Virus record (IMG/VR): IMGVR_UViG_3300023283_000263 | Location: 1-64,000 of that record | Source of the DNA: a virus | Taxonomy: Duplodnaviria; Caudoviricetes | DNA: 64,000 nucleotides | Strand: one strand, 5' to 3' | Part shown: piece after piece, positions 45,060 to 53,750 of the stretch | Numbering within the stretch: position 1 is the stretch's first letter | Layout of the letters: every line of letters starts with the position of its first letter | Notes under the pieces: generated by a model | What the model was told of the DNA's origin: nothing | The model's input: only the letters and a program-made list of their open reading frames with translations | Database searches by the model: none | Position numbers and translations under genes: made by a program

Positions 45060-46933
45060 CGGCCTCTGCGCTCTCCGAGGTCGAGGAGCGCGCGCTGCGG
45101 AGAATCAGAGCCGAGGGGTTCTCGGACGAGGACCTAGAGGCCGCCCGCGAGCTGGTTCGGCAGCCGGAAGCGTTGGCCCTGCGCCGGCCGATCCCGTCGA
45201 TCCGGGAGTTCGTCGAGTCTCCCCACTACCTCGGCGCGGAGGGGCGGCTCTACCCCGAGGTCCTGGAGGCGCTCGAAGCAATCAACGACGGCGAGCACGT
45301 CGAGTGCGTTCTGACGGGCGGGACGTCGACCGGCAAAACGACGATCGCCGTGTATTCGATCGCCTACCAGACGTGGGTCGTCGGGTGTTACGAAGACCCG
45401 CACGCGCTGTTCGGGCTCGACCCGGCGTCCGAGATCGAGTTCGTCTTCCAGTCGATCAACCTGAAGTTGGCCGACGAGGTAGGGTACGAGCGGTTCCGGA
45501 ATCTGGTTCGTGCGGCGCCGTGTTTCCGCGACTACTTCCGGCCCGACTCGAAGATCCAGTCGAAGCTCAAGTTCCCGCGCAACGTCGTCGTGAAGCCCGT
45601 CGTTGGAGAAGTCACCGGAGCGATGGGCCAGAACGTGATCGGCGGCGTCGTCGACGAGATGAACTTCATGGAGGTCGTTGAGCGCTCCGCCAAGACGCAG
45701 GGCGAGAGGTACGACCAGGCGACGGCTCTCTACTCGACCATCGCGCGCCGGCGGGAGGGGAGGTTTCTTCAGCGCGGCGGGATGTTGCCGGGGATGCTCT
45801 GTCTCGTGTCGTCGGCGAACTATCGCGGCGCGTTCATTGACCGCAAGGTCCAGGAAGCGCGAGAGAACTCACGCATCTACGTCTGGGACAAGCCGCAGTG
45901 GGGGGTCACGCGGCCGACAGAGCGCTACTCCGGCGAGACGTTCCGCGTGTTTCGCGGGGACGACGCGCGGAGGCCGCGGATCTTGACGGACGACGAGGCC
46001 GTCGGAGAAGGGGATGAAGTGCTCGTCCTGGACGCTCCCGTCGAGCACCGCGCGTCGTTCGAGTCGGATCTTCTCGGAGCACTGCGAGACGTCGCCGGGG
46101 TGCCGACCGACGCCGTTCACCCGTTCATCGCGAGGCCGGACGCGGTCGCGGGGGTGTTCGGGGCGAGGCCGTCGATCTTCTCGCGCGAGTCCGTGGACTT
46201 CGAGGCCGAAGCGCTCAAGCTCTACCCGGGCCGGATCGAAGACCCGGACGAACCTCGCGCGATCCACGTTGATCTCGGGGCCGTGAGCGACTCGGCTGGG
46301 GTGGCGATCGGGTACTGCCCCGGGTTCGCGAGAATCGAGCGGGGGCCAGGCGAGTTCGAGGTGCTGCCGCGCGCGCGGTTCGACGCGCTCTTGGAGGTGC
46401 GCGTCCCGCGCGGCGGGGAGATCGACTTCGAGCGGATCCGCTCGGTGATCTACCGGCTCGCTGACAAGGGCGTCCGGATCGGGTGGGTCACGTTCGACTC
46501 GTGGCAGAGCCGGGACTCGATCCAGCAGCTTCGGCGCCGCGGATTTCGCGCCGGCGTCCTGTCGATGGACCGAGCCCCGCAGGGGAAGAAACCCGGGGGG
46601 ATCGACCACTGGATGCTGGCGCGCGGCGCGCTCTACGACGAGCGCGTCGAGGCCCCGGACCACGAGAAGTGCCGCAGAGAGCTGCTGCGCTTGGAGTTGG
46701 ACGCGGTCCACCGGAAGATCGACCATCCTCCCGGGGGGTCGAGCGACGTGGCCCAGGCGTTCGGCGCGGTGATCGCTAAACTGCACCGGGCCCGGGAGAC
46801 GTGGTCGCGGTGGCGGATCCCCGTCACCTCGGGCTCCCCGGTCGGCACTCACGAGGACGAGGTCAGGGAAGGCGCTCCGGAGCGTCCGCGGCCCGGGGGG
46901 TCGACGCGCCCGGGGAGGAGGCGAACGCGATGA
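45056..46933 (+). CDS. terL: Terminase large subunit
   Basis: Walker A GGTSTGKT, Walker B VVDEMNF, nuclease IHVDLG and FDSWQS, DHPPGGSSDV. Confidence 0.85.
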   Translation: MTASALSEVEERALRRIRAEGFSDEDLEAARELVRQPEALALRRPIPSIREFVESPHYLGAEGRLYPEVLEALEAINDGEHVECVLTGGTSTGKTTIAVYSIAYQTWVVGCYEDPHALFGLDPASEIEFVFQSINLKLADEVGYERFRNLVRAAPCFRDYFRPDSKIQSKLKFPRNVVVKPVVGEVTGAMGQNVIGGVVDEMNFMEVVERSAKTQGERYDQATALYSTIARRREGRFLQRGGMLPGMLCLVSSANYRGAFIDRKVQEARENSRIYVWDKPQWGVTRPTERYSGETFRVFRGDDARRPRILTDDEAVGEGDEVLVLDAPVEHRASFESDLLGALRDVAGVPTDAVHPFIARPDAVAGVFGARPSIFSRESVDFEAEALKLYPGRIEDPDEPRAIHVDLGAVSDSAGVAIGYCPGFARIERGPGEFEVLPRARFDALLEVRVPRGGEIDFERIRSVIYRLADKGVRIGWVTFDSWQSRDSIQQLRRRGFRAGVLSMDRAPQGKKPGGIDHWMLARGALYDERVEAPDHEKCRRELLRLELDAVHRKIDHPPGGSSDVAQAFGAVIAKLHRARETWSRWRIPVTSGSPVGTHEDEVREGAPERPRPGGSTRPGRRRTR

Positions 46934-47241
46934 GGGCTCTGGTAGTATTCATGTTCGTCGCGGTGCTCGCGATCGCGGCGACGCGGAGCGAGGAGGCGCC
47001 CGGGTTGCCGTTCTCCGGCGAGGACGCGCCGCCGTCGATCTGCGTCGACGGGAGCCCGCCCGGGTGGTGCGTCTTCGGGTTCGACGTCCACGGGCTGCGG
47101 TGCGTCGTGGCCCAGAAGCTCGACCCCCCGCGCTTTACCGCCGGCGTGTTCGAGATGGAGTGTGTCCCGCGCGGATTCGTCGTCCCGCCCGGTCAATGCC
47201 GCGCGCCGCCGAGCGGCGATTCCAATGATCCGGAGGTATGA
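46930..47241 (+). CDS. Secreted Cys-containing hypothetical protein
   Basis: N-terminal signal-like helix; five Cys. Confidence 0.5.
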   Translation: MRALVVFMFVAVLAIAATRSEEAPGLPFSGEDAPPSICVDGSPPGWCVFGFDVHGLRCVVAQKLDPPRFTAGVFEMECVPRGFVVPPGQCRAPPSGDSNDPEV

Positions 47242-47244
47242 ATC

Positions 47245-47637
47245 ATGCCGAACTTGAACGACTTGGCTAAGTCCTCGGGGCTCGCGGGCCAGCGACTGAA
47301 GCGGCTGCGCGACCACCTCGCGAAGATCCAGGCCGACGTCGCCGAGCATCCCCCTCAGGAGCAGGCGGCCGTCGTGCTCTTCCAGGCCCTCGGGCGGATC
47401 GCCGCGCTGGAGGTTCAGATGGAGGACGTTCTGCTCGGCGTCGACGCGCTCCGCGGCGACGAGACCGCCTCGATCGGGCTGGACGACGCCAAGCGAACGC
47501 TCGACTACTGGATCCAGACGCGCCGGGCTCGCGCGGACAACGAGAGCCTCGGCGATGAACTGCGAGGGCAGGAAGCGTCCGCCGCCGCGGCGCTGGAGGC
47601 GTTCCGGCGCTACCTCTTCGGAGATCCGGAGTCCTAA
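47245..47637 (+). CDS. Hypothetical protein
   Basis: GGAGG RBS. Confidence 0.5.
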   Translation: MPNLNDLAKSSGLAGQRLKRLRDHLAKIQADVAEHPPQEQAAVVLFQALGRIAALEVQMEDVLLGVDALRGDETASIGLDDAKRTLDYWIQTRRARADNESLGDELRGQEASAAAALEAFRRYLFGDPES

Positions 47638-48029
47638 TGGGCTGGGTGTTCGAGGTCTCGCCGAATCCTCGCGTCGACGCCGACGGGGAGCCGTTCTCGA
47701 CCACCGCCGGGGACGGCGATCGCCTGCGCCTGATGGCGACGATCGAGGAGGCGATGGACTGGCTCCTGTGGAGGGAGTGCGAAGGAGGGGCCGTCACGAT
47801 CAAGCTGCGCCGCGACCCCGGGGTCGCGGAGGACGACCCGCCCGTTCCTCCTCCGCTCGCGGCCGACGGAATCGAGCCGTCGCTCGGCTGGCTCGCGTGG
47901 CACGAAGCGCACGAAGACTGCCCGTACTTTCTAGGAGGGCCGTGCGAGTACCCCGGAGACGACGCGGCGGGCGACGCCCTCGACTACGCCGTGCCCCTGG
48001 AGGACATCGACGATGCCGGAGACGAGTAG
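47637..48029 (+). CDS. Hypothetical acidic protein
   Basis: Overlapping chain of ORFs. Confidence 0.45.
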   Translation: MGWVFEVSPNPRVDADGEPFSTTAGDGDRLRLMATIEEAMDWLLWRECEGGAVTIKLRRDPGVAEDDPPVPPPLAADGIEPSLGWLAWHEAHEDCPYFLGGPCEYPGDDAAGDALDYAVPLEDIDDAGDE

Positions 48030-48321
48030 GATGCTCGCGCTGTCGCTGCTCAGCGCGGACGAGATCCGCAACCTCGCCGTCGACGTGATCGAGGCGCGCG
48101 TTCCGGAGCCGCAGAGCGACATGCTCGTCGAGATCGTCCAGGAGCTGACCGAGCGTACCAGAGACGGTCGCGTCGAGGTCCGGAAGCCGGAGCAACGCGA
48201 CCCATCTTCGCGAGGCGCGCGGCTGTACCGCGACGTCGCGGTTTATCGAGACGAGCAGTACCTCCGCGACGCGCGTCCGGCGACGGATTCAGCCGAGGCC
48301 GCGGTCCGCCGGCCGCGCTAG
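48013..48321 (+). CDS. Hypothetical protein
   Basis: GGAGGAC RBS. Confidence 0.45.
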   Translation: MPETSRMLALSLLSADEIRNLAVDVIEARVPEPQSDMLVEIVQELTERTRDGRVEVRKPEQRDPSSRGARLYRDVAVYRDEQYLRDARPATDSAEAAVRRPR

Positions 48322-48497
48322 GCTCCTGTCGTGGCGAAGTACCGCGACGGCGGAGACGCGAGCGAGAAGCGCCGGAGGCGACGGAAGAAGCGAGCCCGAC
48401 CGGAGAGGCCCCGGGGTCGCGACGATGCTCGACCTCGACGCGGACGGTCGAAGCTAAGCGTCGGGCCCGGCGGCGGGCTCTGGTCGAGGGAAGGATC

Positions 48498-48755
48498 GTG
48501 ATTCGGTGCGTGTGCGGGCGCGTCTTGGAGCCCGGGGGCGCGGAGACGTCGACCAGTACGCCGTGTCGCTGCGATCCGCGCGGACGAGGGACGCGGCACG
48601 CGAGATTCGTCGCGAGCGAGCGACTCAAGAACGTGGTCGCGGAGCTGATCCACGCGGCGGCGACCGAGGCGAAGATGCAGGGCAAGCACGCGGCGGCGCG
48701 AGAACTACTCGACTTCGAGATCGAGGTATCGGAAGGAGGGGTGCTTCTCCCGTGA
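48498..48755 (+). CDS. Small Cys-containing hypothetical protein
   Basis: CVCG...CRCD; AAGGA RBS. Confidence 0.45.
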   Translation: MIRCVCGRVLEPGGAETSTSTPCRCDPRGRGTRHARFVASERLKNVVAELIHAAATEAKMQGKHAAARELLDFEIEVSEGGVLLP

Positions 48756-49246
48756 CCAGGCGATCCGACCCCCAAGACGAGCTGTACCGGCGGCTGACGC
48801 AGAAGCAGATCCGCGACCTGCTCCTCCCGGCCGGGATGCTCTGGCAGGGTCTCGTCCAGCTCGTCAAGAAGGAGCGCAAAGACGTCCGCGAGGACGTAGT
48901 GATCGGCCTCCAGCGGTCCGTCGAGGCCGTCGTCAGGACGCGCGTCCCGACCCAGGAGATGCGCCGGGATCTCGCCGTTCGCGTCCCGCGCGACGCGAAG
49001 GCCGTGCTCGACGCCATGAACCCGGAGGACGAGGTCGAGGCCGTGCTCGCGGCGAGCCTGTTGACGATGAAGGCCGCGGAGGACGGGAAAATCGTCGACC
49101 CCGCGTCGCAGGCCGTGCTCACGGCGTCCGTCATAGCGACCGAGGCTCAAGAAGACCCCGGCGCCGGGTGGGGCTACCGAGCCCGTCGATCGCGCGAGGT
49201 CGCGGAGCGCGGCTACCGAGCAGCTCAGTTGCTCGGCTACTTCTAG
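48752..49246 (+). CDS. Hypothetical helical protein
   Basis: GGAGGGG RBS, GTG 48752. Confidence 0.5.
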   Translation: MTRRSDPQDELYRRLTQKQIRDLLLPAGMLWQGLVQLVKKERKDVREDVVIGLQRSVEAVVRTRVPTQEMRRDLAVRVPRDAKAVLDAMNPEDEVEAVLAASLLTMKAAEDGKIVDPASQAVLTASVIATEAQEDPGAGWGYRARRSREVAERGYRAAQLLGYF

Positions 49247-49254
49247 GAGGCGTC

Positions 49255-49941
49255 GTGAAAGCCAGGATTACGCTCTGCGGGGCCGGCGGGACCGGCAAGA
49301 CGACGATGATGCGGCGGATCGCGGAGCGGTACGACCTGCCGGTCCTTCCTTCTATCGCCAGGCGCGTGCAGCGAGAGATGGGCGCTGAACGCGAGGACGA
49401 TCAACGGCGGTGGGCGCCGTTCCGGCAGTGGAAGTTCGAGCAGCGTCTGACCGACGAGTGGTCTCGTCTTCTCATGGAGACCAATAGCTACGTCGCTGAT
49501 CGGTCGATGATCGATAGGTATGCCTACGCGCTCTACAAGCTGCGCGACCCGGACCTTCTGACTCTCGACGAGCTGGAGCGGTACGAGGACCTGATCGACC
49601 GGACCGTGCAGCACGCGGACCTCGTGATCTATTGCCCGCTCGGCGTCTTCGATCCTCCTCCGGACGGGTTCCGCACCGCGCGCGAGAACGAGCGCAGAGC
49701 CGTGGACGCGATCATCGCCGGCGTCTGGCAGCGGATGCAGCTCTTCGGCAAGCGGAGGAACATGCTGCCGCTCACCGTCGGGCGCCCGAAGAGCGACGAC
49801 CCCGAGGACGTCGAGCGCGCGCTCAGGTTGCGCGACGAGCACGTCGACCGTGCTCTCCAGTCCGTCGGGCTCGTCGACGGGAAGGCGAATCCGCTTCGAC
49901 GGGAAGGACGAGGCGTCCGGTCCCCGAGCCGGGTGAACTAG
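49255..49941 (+). CDS. P-loop NTPase, dNMP kinase/AAA_28-like
   Basis: GAGGTGKTT, ADRSMID motifs. Confidence 0.7.
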   Translation: MKARITLCGAGGTGKTTMMRRIAERYDLPVLPSIARRVQREMGAEREDDQRRWAPFRQWKFEQRLTDEWSRLLMETNSYVADRSMIDRYAYALYKLRDPDLLTLDELERYEDLIDRTVQHADLVIYCPLGVFDPPPDGFRTARENERRAVDAIIAGVWQRMQLFGKRRNMLPLTVGRPKSDDPEDVERALRLRDEHVDRALQSVGLVDGKANPLRREGRGVRSPSRVN

Positions 49942-49986
49942 ATCGCGAGCCCTTCGCTACACTGAGAGCCCGCCGACGGAGGATCA

Positions 49987-51537
49987 ATGAATCCCTGCTG
50001 CCCTCGATGCCGCAGCGCTTCCACGAACGCGCACCAGCGCAGAGGACCGCGGACGCGGTACATGTGCGGCGCTTGCGGCAAGACCTTCACGGACGACGCG
50101 ACTTCGTACTACGCCGAGCCCGAGTTTCTGAGAGACGAGCAGGAAGTCGAGCGCTTGGCGTCCCGCGACGTGTACCTCGTCACGTCGGCGCAGAACAACA
50201 CGCCGCTGGATCGCGCTGCTTGGGGGGCTCTCCTGGAGTACCGGGAGTGGCTCGACGCCGAGCTGGTGGTCGTCCCGTCGCGGTACCGCAACCCGACGTC
50301 CCCCGCCGAGTCGAAGGCCGAGGACGACGAGGTGTGGTGGCCGGCGGAGGTGCAGCCCTACCTGGTCGATAACCTCGTCCCGATCCACGAGCACCTTTGG
50401 ATCATGGGGCACGTCCGCATCCGCCCGACGGCGTTCCACCCGCTCTCTGGGCTGGAGCCGCTTAGTCGCGGCGCCTCGGCGATCTTCGGACACCCCCAGA
50501 TCGCGATGCAGACCGTCGCGACGCCGCAGCACCGGCTCCCGAAGATGCTCCACACCACCGGGTCGGTGAGCCGCAAGAACTACAGCATCTCGAAAGAGGG
50601 GGTGAAGGGCGACTTCCACCATTCGCCCGGCTTCCTGGTGGTCGAGAAGGACGGGCCGCGCTTCCACCTCCGGAGCTGCGTCGGCACCGAGAGGGGCGTG
50701 TTCTACGACCTGGACCGCAAGATCACCCGCCGCGGCGTGACGACCGGCCACCGAGCAGAGGGCCTCGTTCTCGGGGACGCGCACGCCTGGTTCATGGACC
50801 CGGGCGTCCGGGCCGCGACGTTCGAAGGACCCGAGAGCCTCGTCGGCCTCACGCGGCCGAAGCGACTGGTCTGGCACGACGTCTTCGACGGGTTCTCGTG
50901 TTCGCCGCATCACCGGCGCGACCATGTCGCGAGGTTCGCGAAACACCACGCGAGCATGAACGTCGTCGAGCAGGAGCTGCGCGACACGCTGGCGCTCCTC
51001 GTGGATTGCACGCCGAGCGGAACTGAGAGCGTCGTCGTGCCGTCGAACCACCACGACTTCCTTCGCCGGTGGCTCCTGAACGCGGACCCGAAAGACGAGC
51101 CTTGGAACGCGCTCCTCTACCACGAGCTGATGCACGCCGTCTTGAAGCGCGCGCAGGTCACGGGCCGCGGCGTCGAGTACCCCGACCCGTTCGGGCTCTG
51201 GGCGAGCGCTCGCGCTCCCGAGAACCTTCGCTTCTTGGAGTACGACGAGAGCCTCCAGATCGAGGGCATCGAAGTGAGCTTCCACGGGCACGTCGGCCCG
51301 GGCGGGGCGCGGGGATCGATCCGCTCGATGTCGAAGATCGGCGTCCGCGTCGTCATCGGCCACCGGCACGTTCCGGGGATCGACCACGGAGCATACCAGG
51401 TCGGGACGATGGGGCCTCTCAGACCCGACTACACGGCGGGGAGTCCGACGGGGACCCTGCATACCCATTGCTTGATCAGTCCGACCGGCAAGCGCCAGCT
51501 CGTGAGCTTCATCGACGCTAGGTTCAGGAGAACTTGA
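49987..51537 (+). CDS. Metallophosphoesterase with N-terminal zinc ribbon (T5 A1-like, tentative)
   Basis: GDAH, HDVFDG, SNHHD, HGH, GHRH motifs; CPRC/CGAC ribbon. Confidence 0.7.
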   Translation: MNPCCPRCRSASTNAHQRRGPRTRYMCGACGKTFTDDATSYYAEPEFLRDEQEVERLASRDVYLVTSAQNNTPLDRAAWGALLEYREWLDAELVVVPSRYRNPTSPAESKAEDDEVWWPAEVQPYLVDNLVPIHEHLWIMGHVRIRPTAFHPLSGLEPLSRGASAIFGHPQIAMQTVATPQHRLPKMLHTTGSVSRKNYSISKEGVKGDFHHSPGFLVVEKDGPRFHLRSCVGTERGVFYDLDRKITRRGVTTGHRAEGLVLGDAHAWFMDPGVRAATFEGPESLVGLTRPKRLVWHDVFDGFSCSPHHRRDHVARFAKHHASMNVVEQELRDTLALLVDCTPSGTESVVVPSNHHDFLRRWLLNADPKDEPWNALLYHELMHAVLKRAQVTGRGVEYPDPFGLWASARAPENLRFLEYDESLQIEGIEVSFHGHVGPGGARGSIRSMSKIGVRVVIGHRHVPGIDHGAYQVGTMGPLRPDYTAGSPTGTLHTHCLISPTGKRQLVSFIDARFRRT

Positions 51538-51541
51538 CCGC

Positions 51542-52141
51542 GTGGCGCACTACTCCGCCGACCTCCTCGACGTCCTCTTCGCCTACGGTCTCGACGTCCG
51601 GGCGCGGCGCGTCTATTTGCACGGGCCGCTCGACGTAGCGGGCGAGGAGAGGTCGGACGAGAACGGCAGAAGGCGCGCCGACTGCGTCGTCCGCGGTCTC
51701 CAGTACCTCGACAAGACGAGCGGAGAGATCGACCTATGGATCTGCACGCCTGGCGGGGACGTGTCGGATTCGTTCGCCATCTACGACGCGATCAGGTTGT
51801 GCCGCAACCGCGTCCGGGTGGTCGCCTTCGGCGAGGTCTGCTCCGCCGGTATCCTCGTCCTCGTGGCGGGCGACCACCGCGCGGCGGCGGAGAACTCGTG
51901 GGCCATGACCCACGCCCCTACCTCGTCGATCGGGGACGCCGACCACTGGACGGCGGAGCAGCGTCTGGCGATCGAGCGCCGGCAGGTCCGGCGCTGGGCG
52001 GACTTGATGGGCAAGCGGACGAAGCGGAAGGCCGACTGGTGGTTGTCTCTTCACCGGGGCGAGGTCCGCGAGCTGTGGCTCTCCGCTCGTCAGATGCGCC
52101 AGTACGGCGTCGTCGACGAGGTCCTAGTCGGCGAGGAGTGA
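51542..52141 (+). CDS. ClpP-like protease
   Basis: ICTPGGDV, AIYDAI, CSAG (Ser), MTHAP (His), YGVVDEV. Confidence 0.82.
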   Translation: MAHYSADLLDVLFAYGLDVRARRVYLHGPLDVAGEERSDENGRRRADCVVRGLQYLDKTSGEIDLWICTPGGDVSDSFAIYDAIRLCRNRVRVVAFGEVCSAGILVLVAGDHRAAAENSWAMTHAPTSSIGDADHWTAEQRLAIERRQVRRWADLMGKRTKRKADWWLSLHRGEVRELWLSARQMRQYGVVDEVLVGEE

Positions 52142-52295
52142 GGCGGGCGCGACCCCGGGGTCGCGGATCCGAGGTGGCCGCCCCGAGGGGCCCGGTCTAT
52201 CCTCCATCAACGTGGCGGAGAAGCAAGACGGACCGCTGTCCGGGGAGGACCTGCGCGAGGACGGCGGGGTCCTGCAACCCGAGCAAGGAGGGGGC

Positions 52296-53714
52296 GTGGC
52301 GGTAGAGCGATGCCGGAAAGACGGCGAGGCCGGCTACCGGGCGATGCCAGGCGGCCGGTGCATCACTGGGCCGAACGCGAAGCGGCGGGCGGAAGCCGTC
52401 GCGGCGGCCATGCGCGCCAAGGCGGATCTGGCGCTCGCGGACGTCGAGGACGCGGTCCTCGGGCTGACCGACGAGCAGATCGAGCTGCTCTGGCCCGCCG
52501 CGAAGCAGGACCTGACCCCCCGGAGCGGCGAGAGCACCGACGACTTCGTCTCGCGCTGCATCGAGGCTGAGGTCGAAGCCGGTCGGCCGCAGGATCAGGC
52601 CGCGGCCATCTGCTTCGATAAGGCGCGCCGCGCGGGTCGAGACGCGCCGGAAAAGTCCGCCGCAGAGAGGCGAGACGCCGACAACTTCTTCGTCATCGAG
52701 GACGGGGTCGCGAAGGACCTCGGGAACGATCGCCCCGAGGGGGCCAAGCCTCTGGGTGACCGAGAGGTCATCTTCGCGCTGATCTCGGAGAAGGGCGGCT
52801 CGAACACCGCGCGGAGCCTGGGCGACGTCAGCAGGTCCGAGGCGCTGGAGACGGCGGCGAACGCCGCGGACCGAGACCCGAACGCGAAGGTATTCGTCGG
52901 CAAGGCCGTCGGCCGCTTCGAGGGTCAGACGCTCTTCCAGGACATCGCGCAGTTCCGCGGGGAGAAGAAGGACGAGCCGAGCGACGATCGACTCCACCCG
53001 CGCTGGATCGAGAAGTCGGACTGGATCAAGAAGGCCGACGAGGAGCTGCAGATCGTCTGGGGGGAGGTCTACGTCCCGGATTTCCCCGACTCGCAGGGCG
53101 ACATGATGTCGGCCCAGGAGGTGCGCAAGATCGCTCACAAGTTCCTGGCGGACGGCAGGACTCGGCAGATCGACGTCAACCACGACAACCAGGTCCGCAA
53201 GGGGTGCGCCGTGGTCGAGTCGTTCGTCGCCAGGCCTGGGGACCCCGATTTCATCGCCGGAGCCTGGGTCGCCGGCGTCCACGTCGGGGACCGCGGTCTC
53301 TGGGAAGCCATCAAGGCCGGCGACTTCAACGGGTTCTCGATGCAGGCGCGGGTGATGGTCACGGAGAAGATCGTCGAGCTGGACCTGCCGGTCGACATCG
53401 AGGGCGAGACCGAGGAGGCGCTGGACGACGGCGGGGGCGGGCTGCACGCGCACCGCTTCACCGTGCGGATCGACGAGGACGGGCAGATCGCCGGCGGCCG
53501 GACGAGCGTCGAGCTGGGGCACTGGCACTCGATTCTCCGCGGCAGCGTGACCAGCACGAGCATCGCCGAGGGTCAGGTCGCGCCGCGCGACGGGACCCAC
53601 CGCCACCGCTACTCGTTCCTCGACCGGCTCTTCCCCGACCTGGCGCCGCGGGTCTCGGACGCGGATCTGGACCCCCCGATCGAGTCGACGGAGGGCGAGG
53701 AGGTGGCGGGCTAG
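52296..53714 (+). CDS. XkdF-like prohead protease with N- and C-terminal extensions
   Basis: IVWGEVYVPD..DSQGD, IDVNHD, VESF, AIKAGDFNGFS; GTG 52296 behind GGAGGGG. Confidence 0.75.
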   Translation: MAVERCRKDGEAGYRAMPGGRCITGPNAKRRAEAVAAAMRAKADLALADVEDAVLGLTDEQIELLWPAAKQDLTPRSGESTDDFVSRCIEAEVEAGRPQDQAAAICFDKARRAGRDAPEKSAAERRDADNFFVIEDGVAKDLGNDRPEGAKPLGDREVIFALISEKGGSNTARSLGDVSRSEALETAANAADRDPNAKVFVGKAVGRFEGQTLFQDIAQFRGEKKDEPSDDRLHPRWIEKSDWIKKADEELQIVWGEVYVPDFPDSQGDMMSAQEVRKIAHKFLADGRTRQIDVNHDNQVRKGCAVVESFVARPGDPDFIAGAWVAGVHVGDRGLWEAIKAGDFNGFSMQARVMVTEKIVELDLPVDIEGETEEALDDGGGGLHAHRFTVRIDEDGQIAGGRTSVELGHWHSILRGSVTSTSIAEGQVAPRDGTHRHRYSFLDRLFPDLAPRVSDADLDPPIESTEGEEVAG

Positions 53715-53750
53715 CAGCTCGTCGCGTATTCTGCGTATTCGGGGGGTCGA

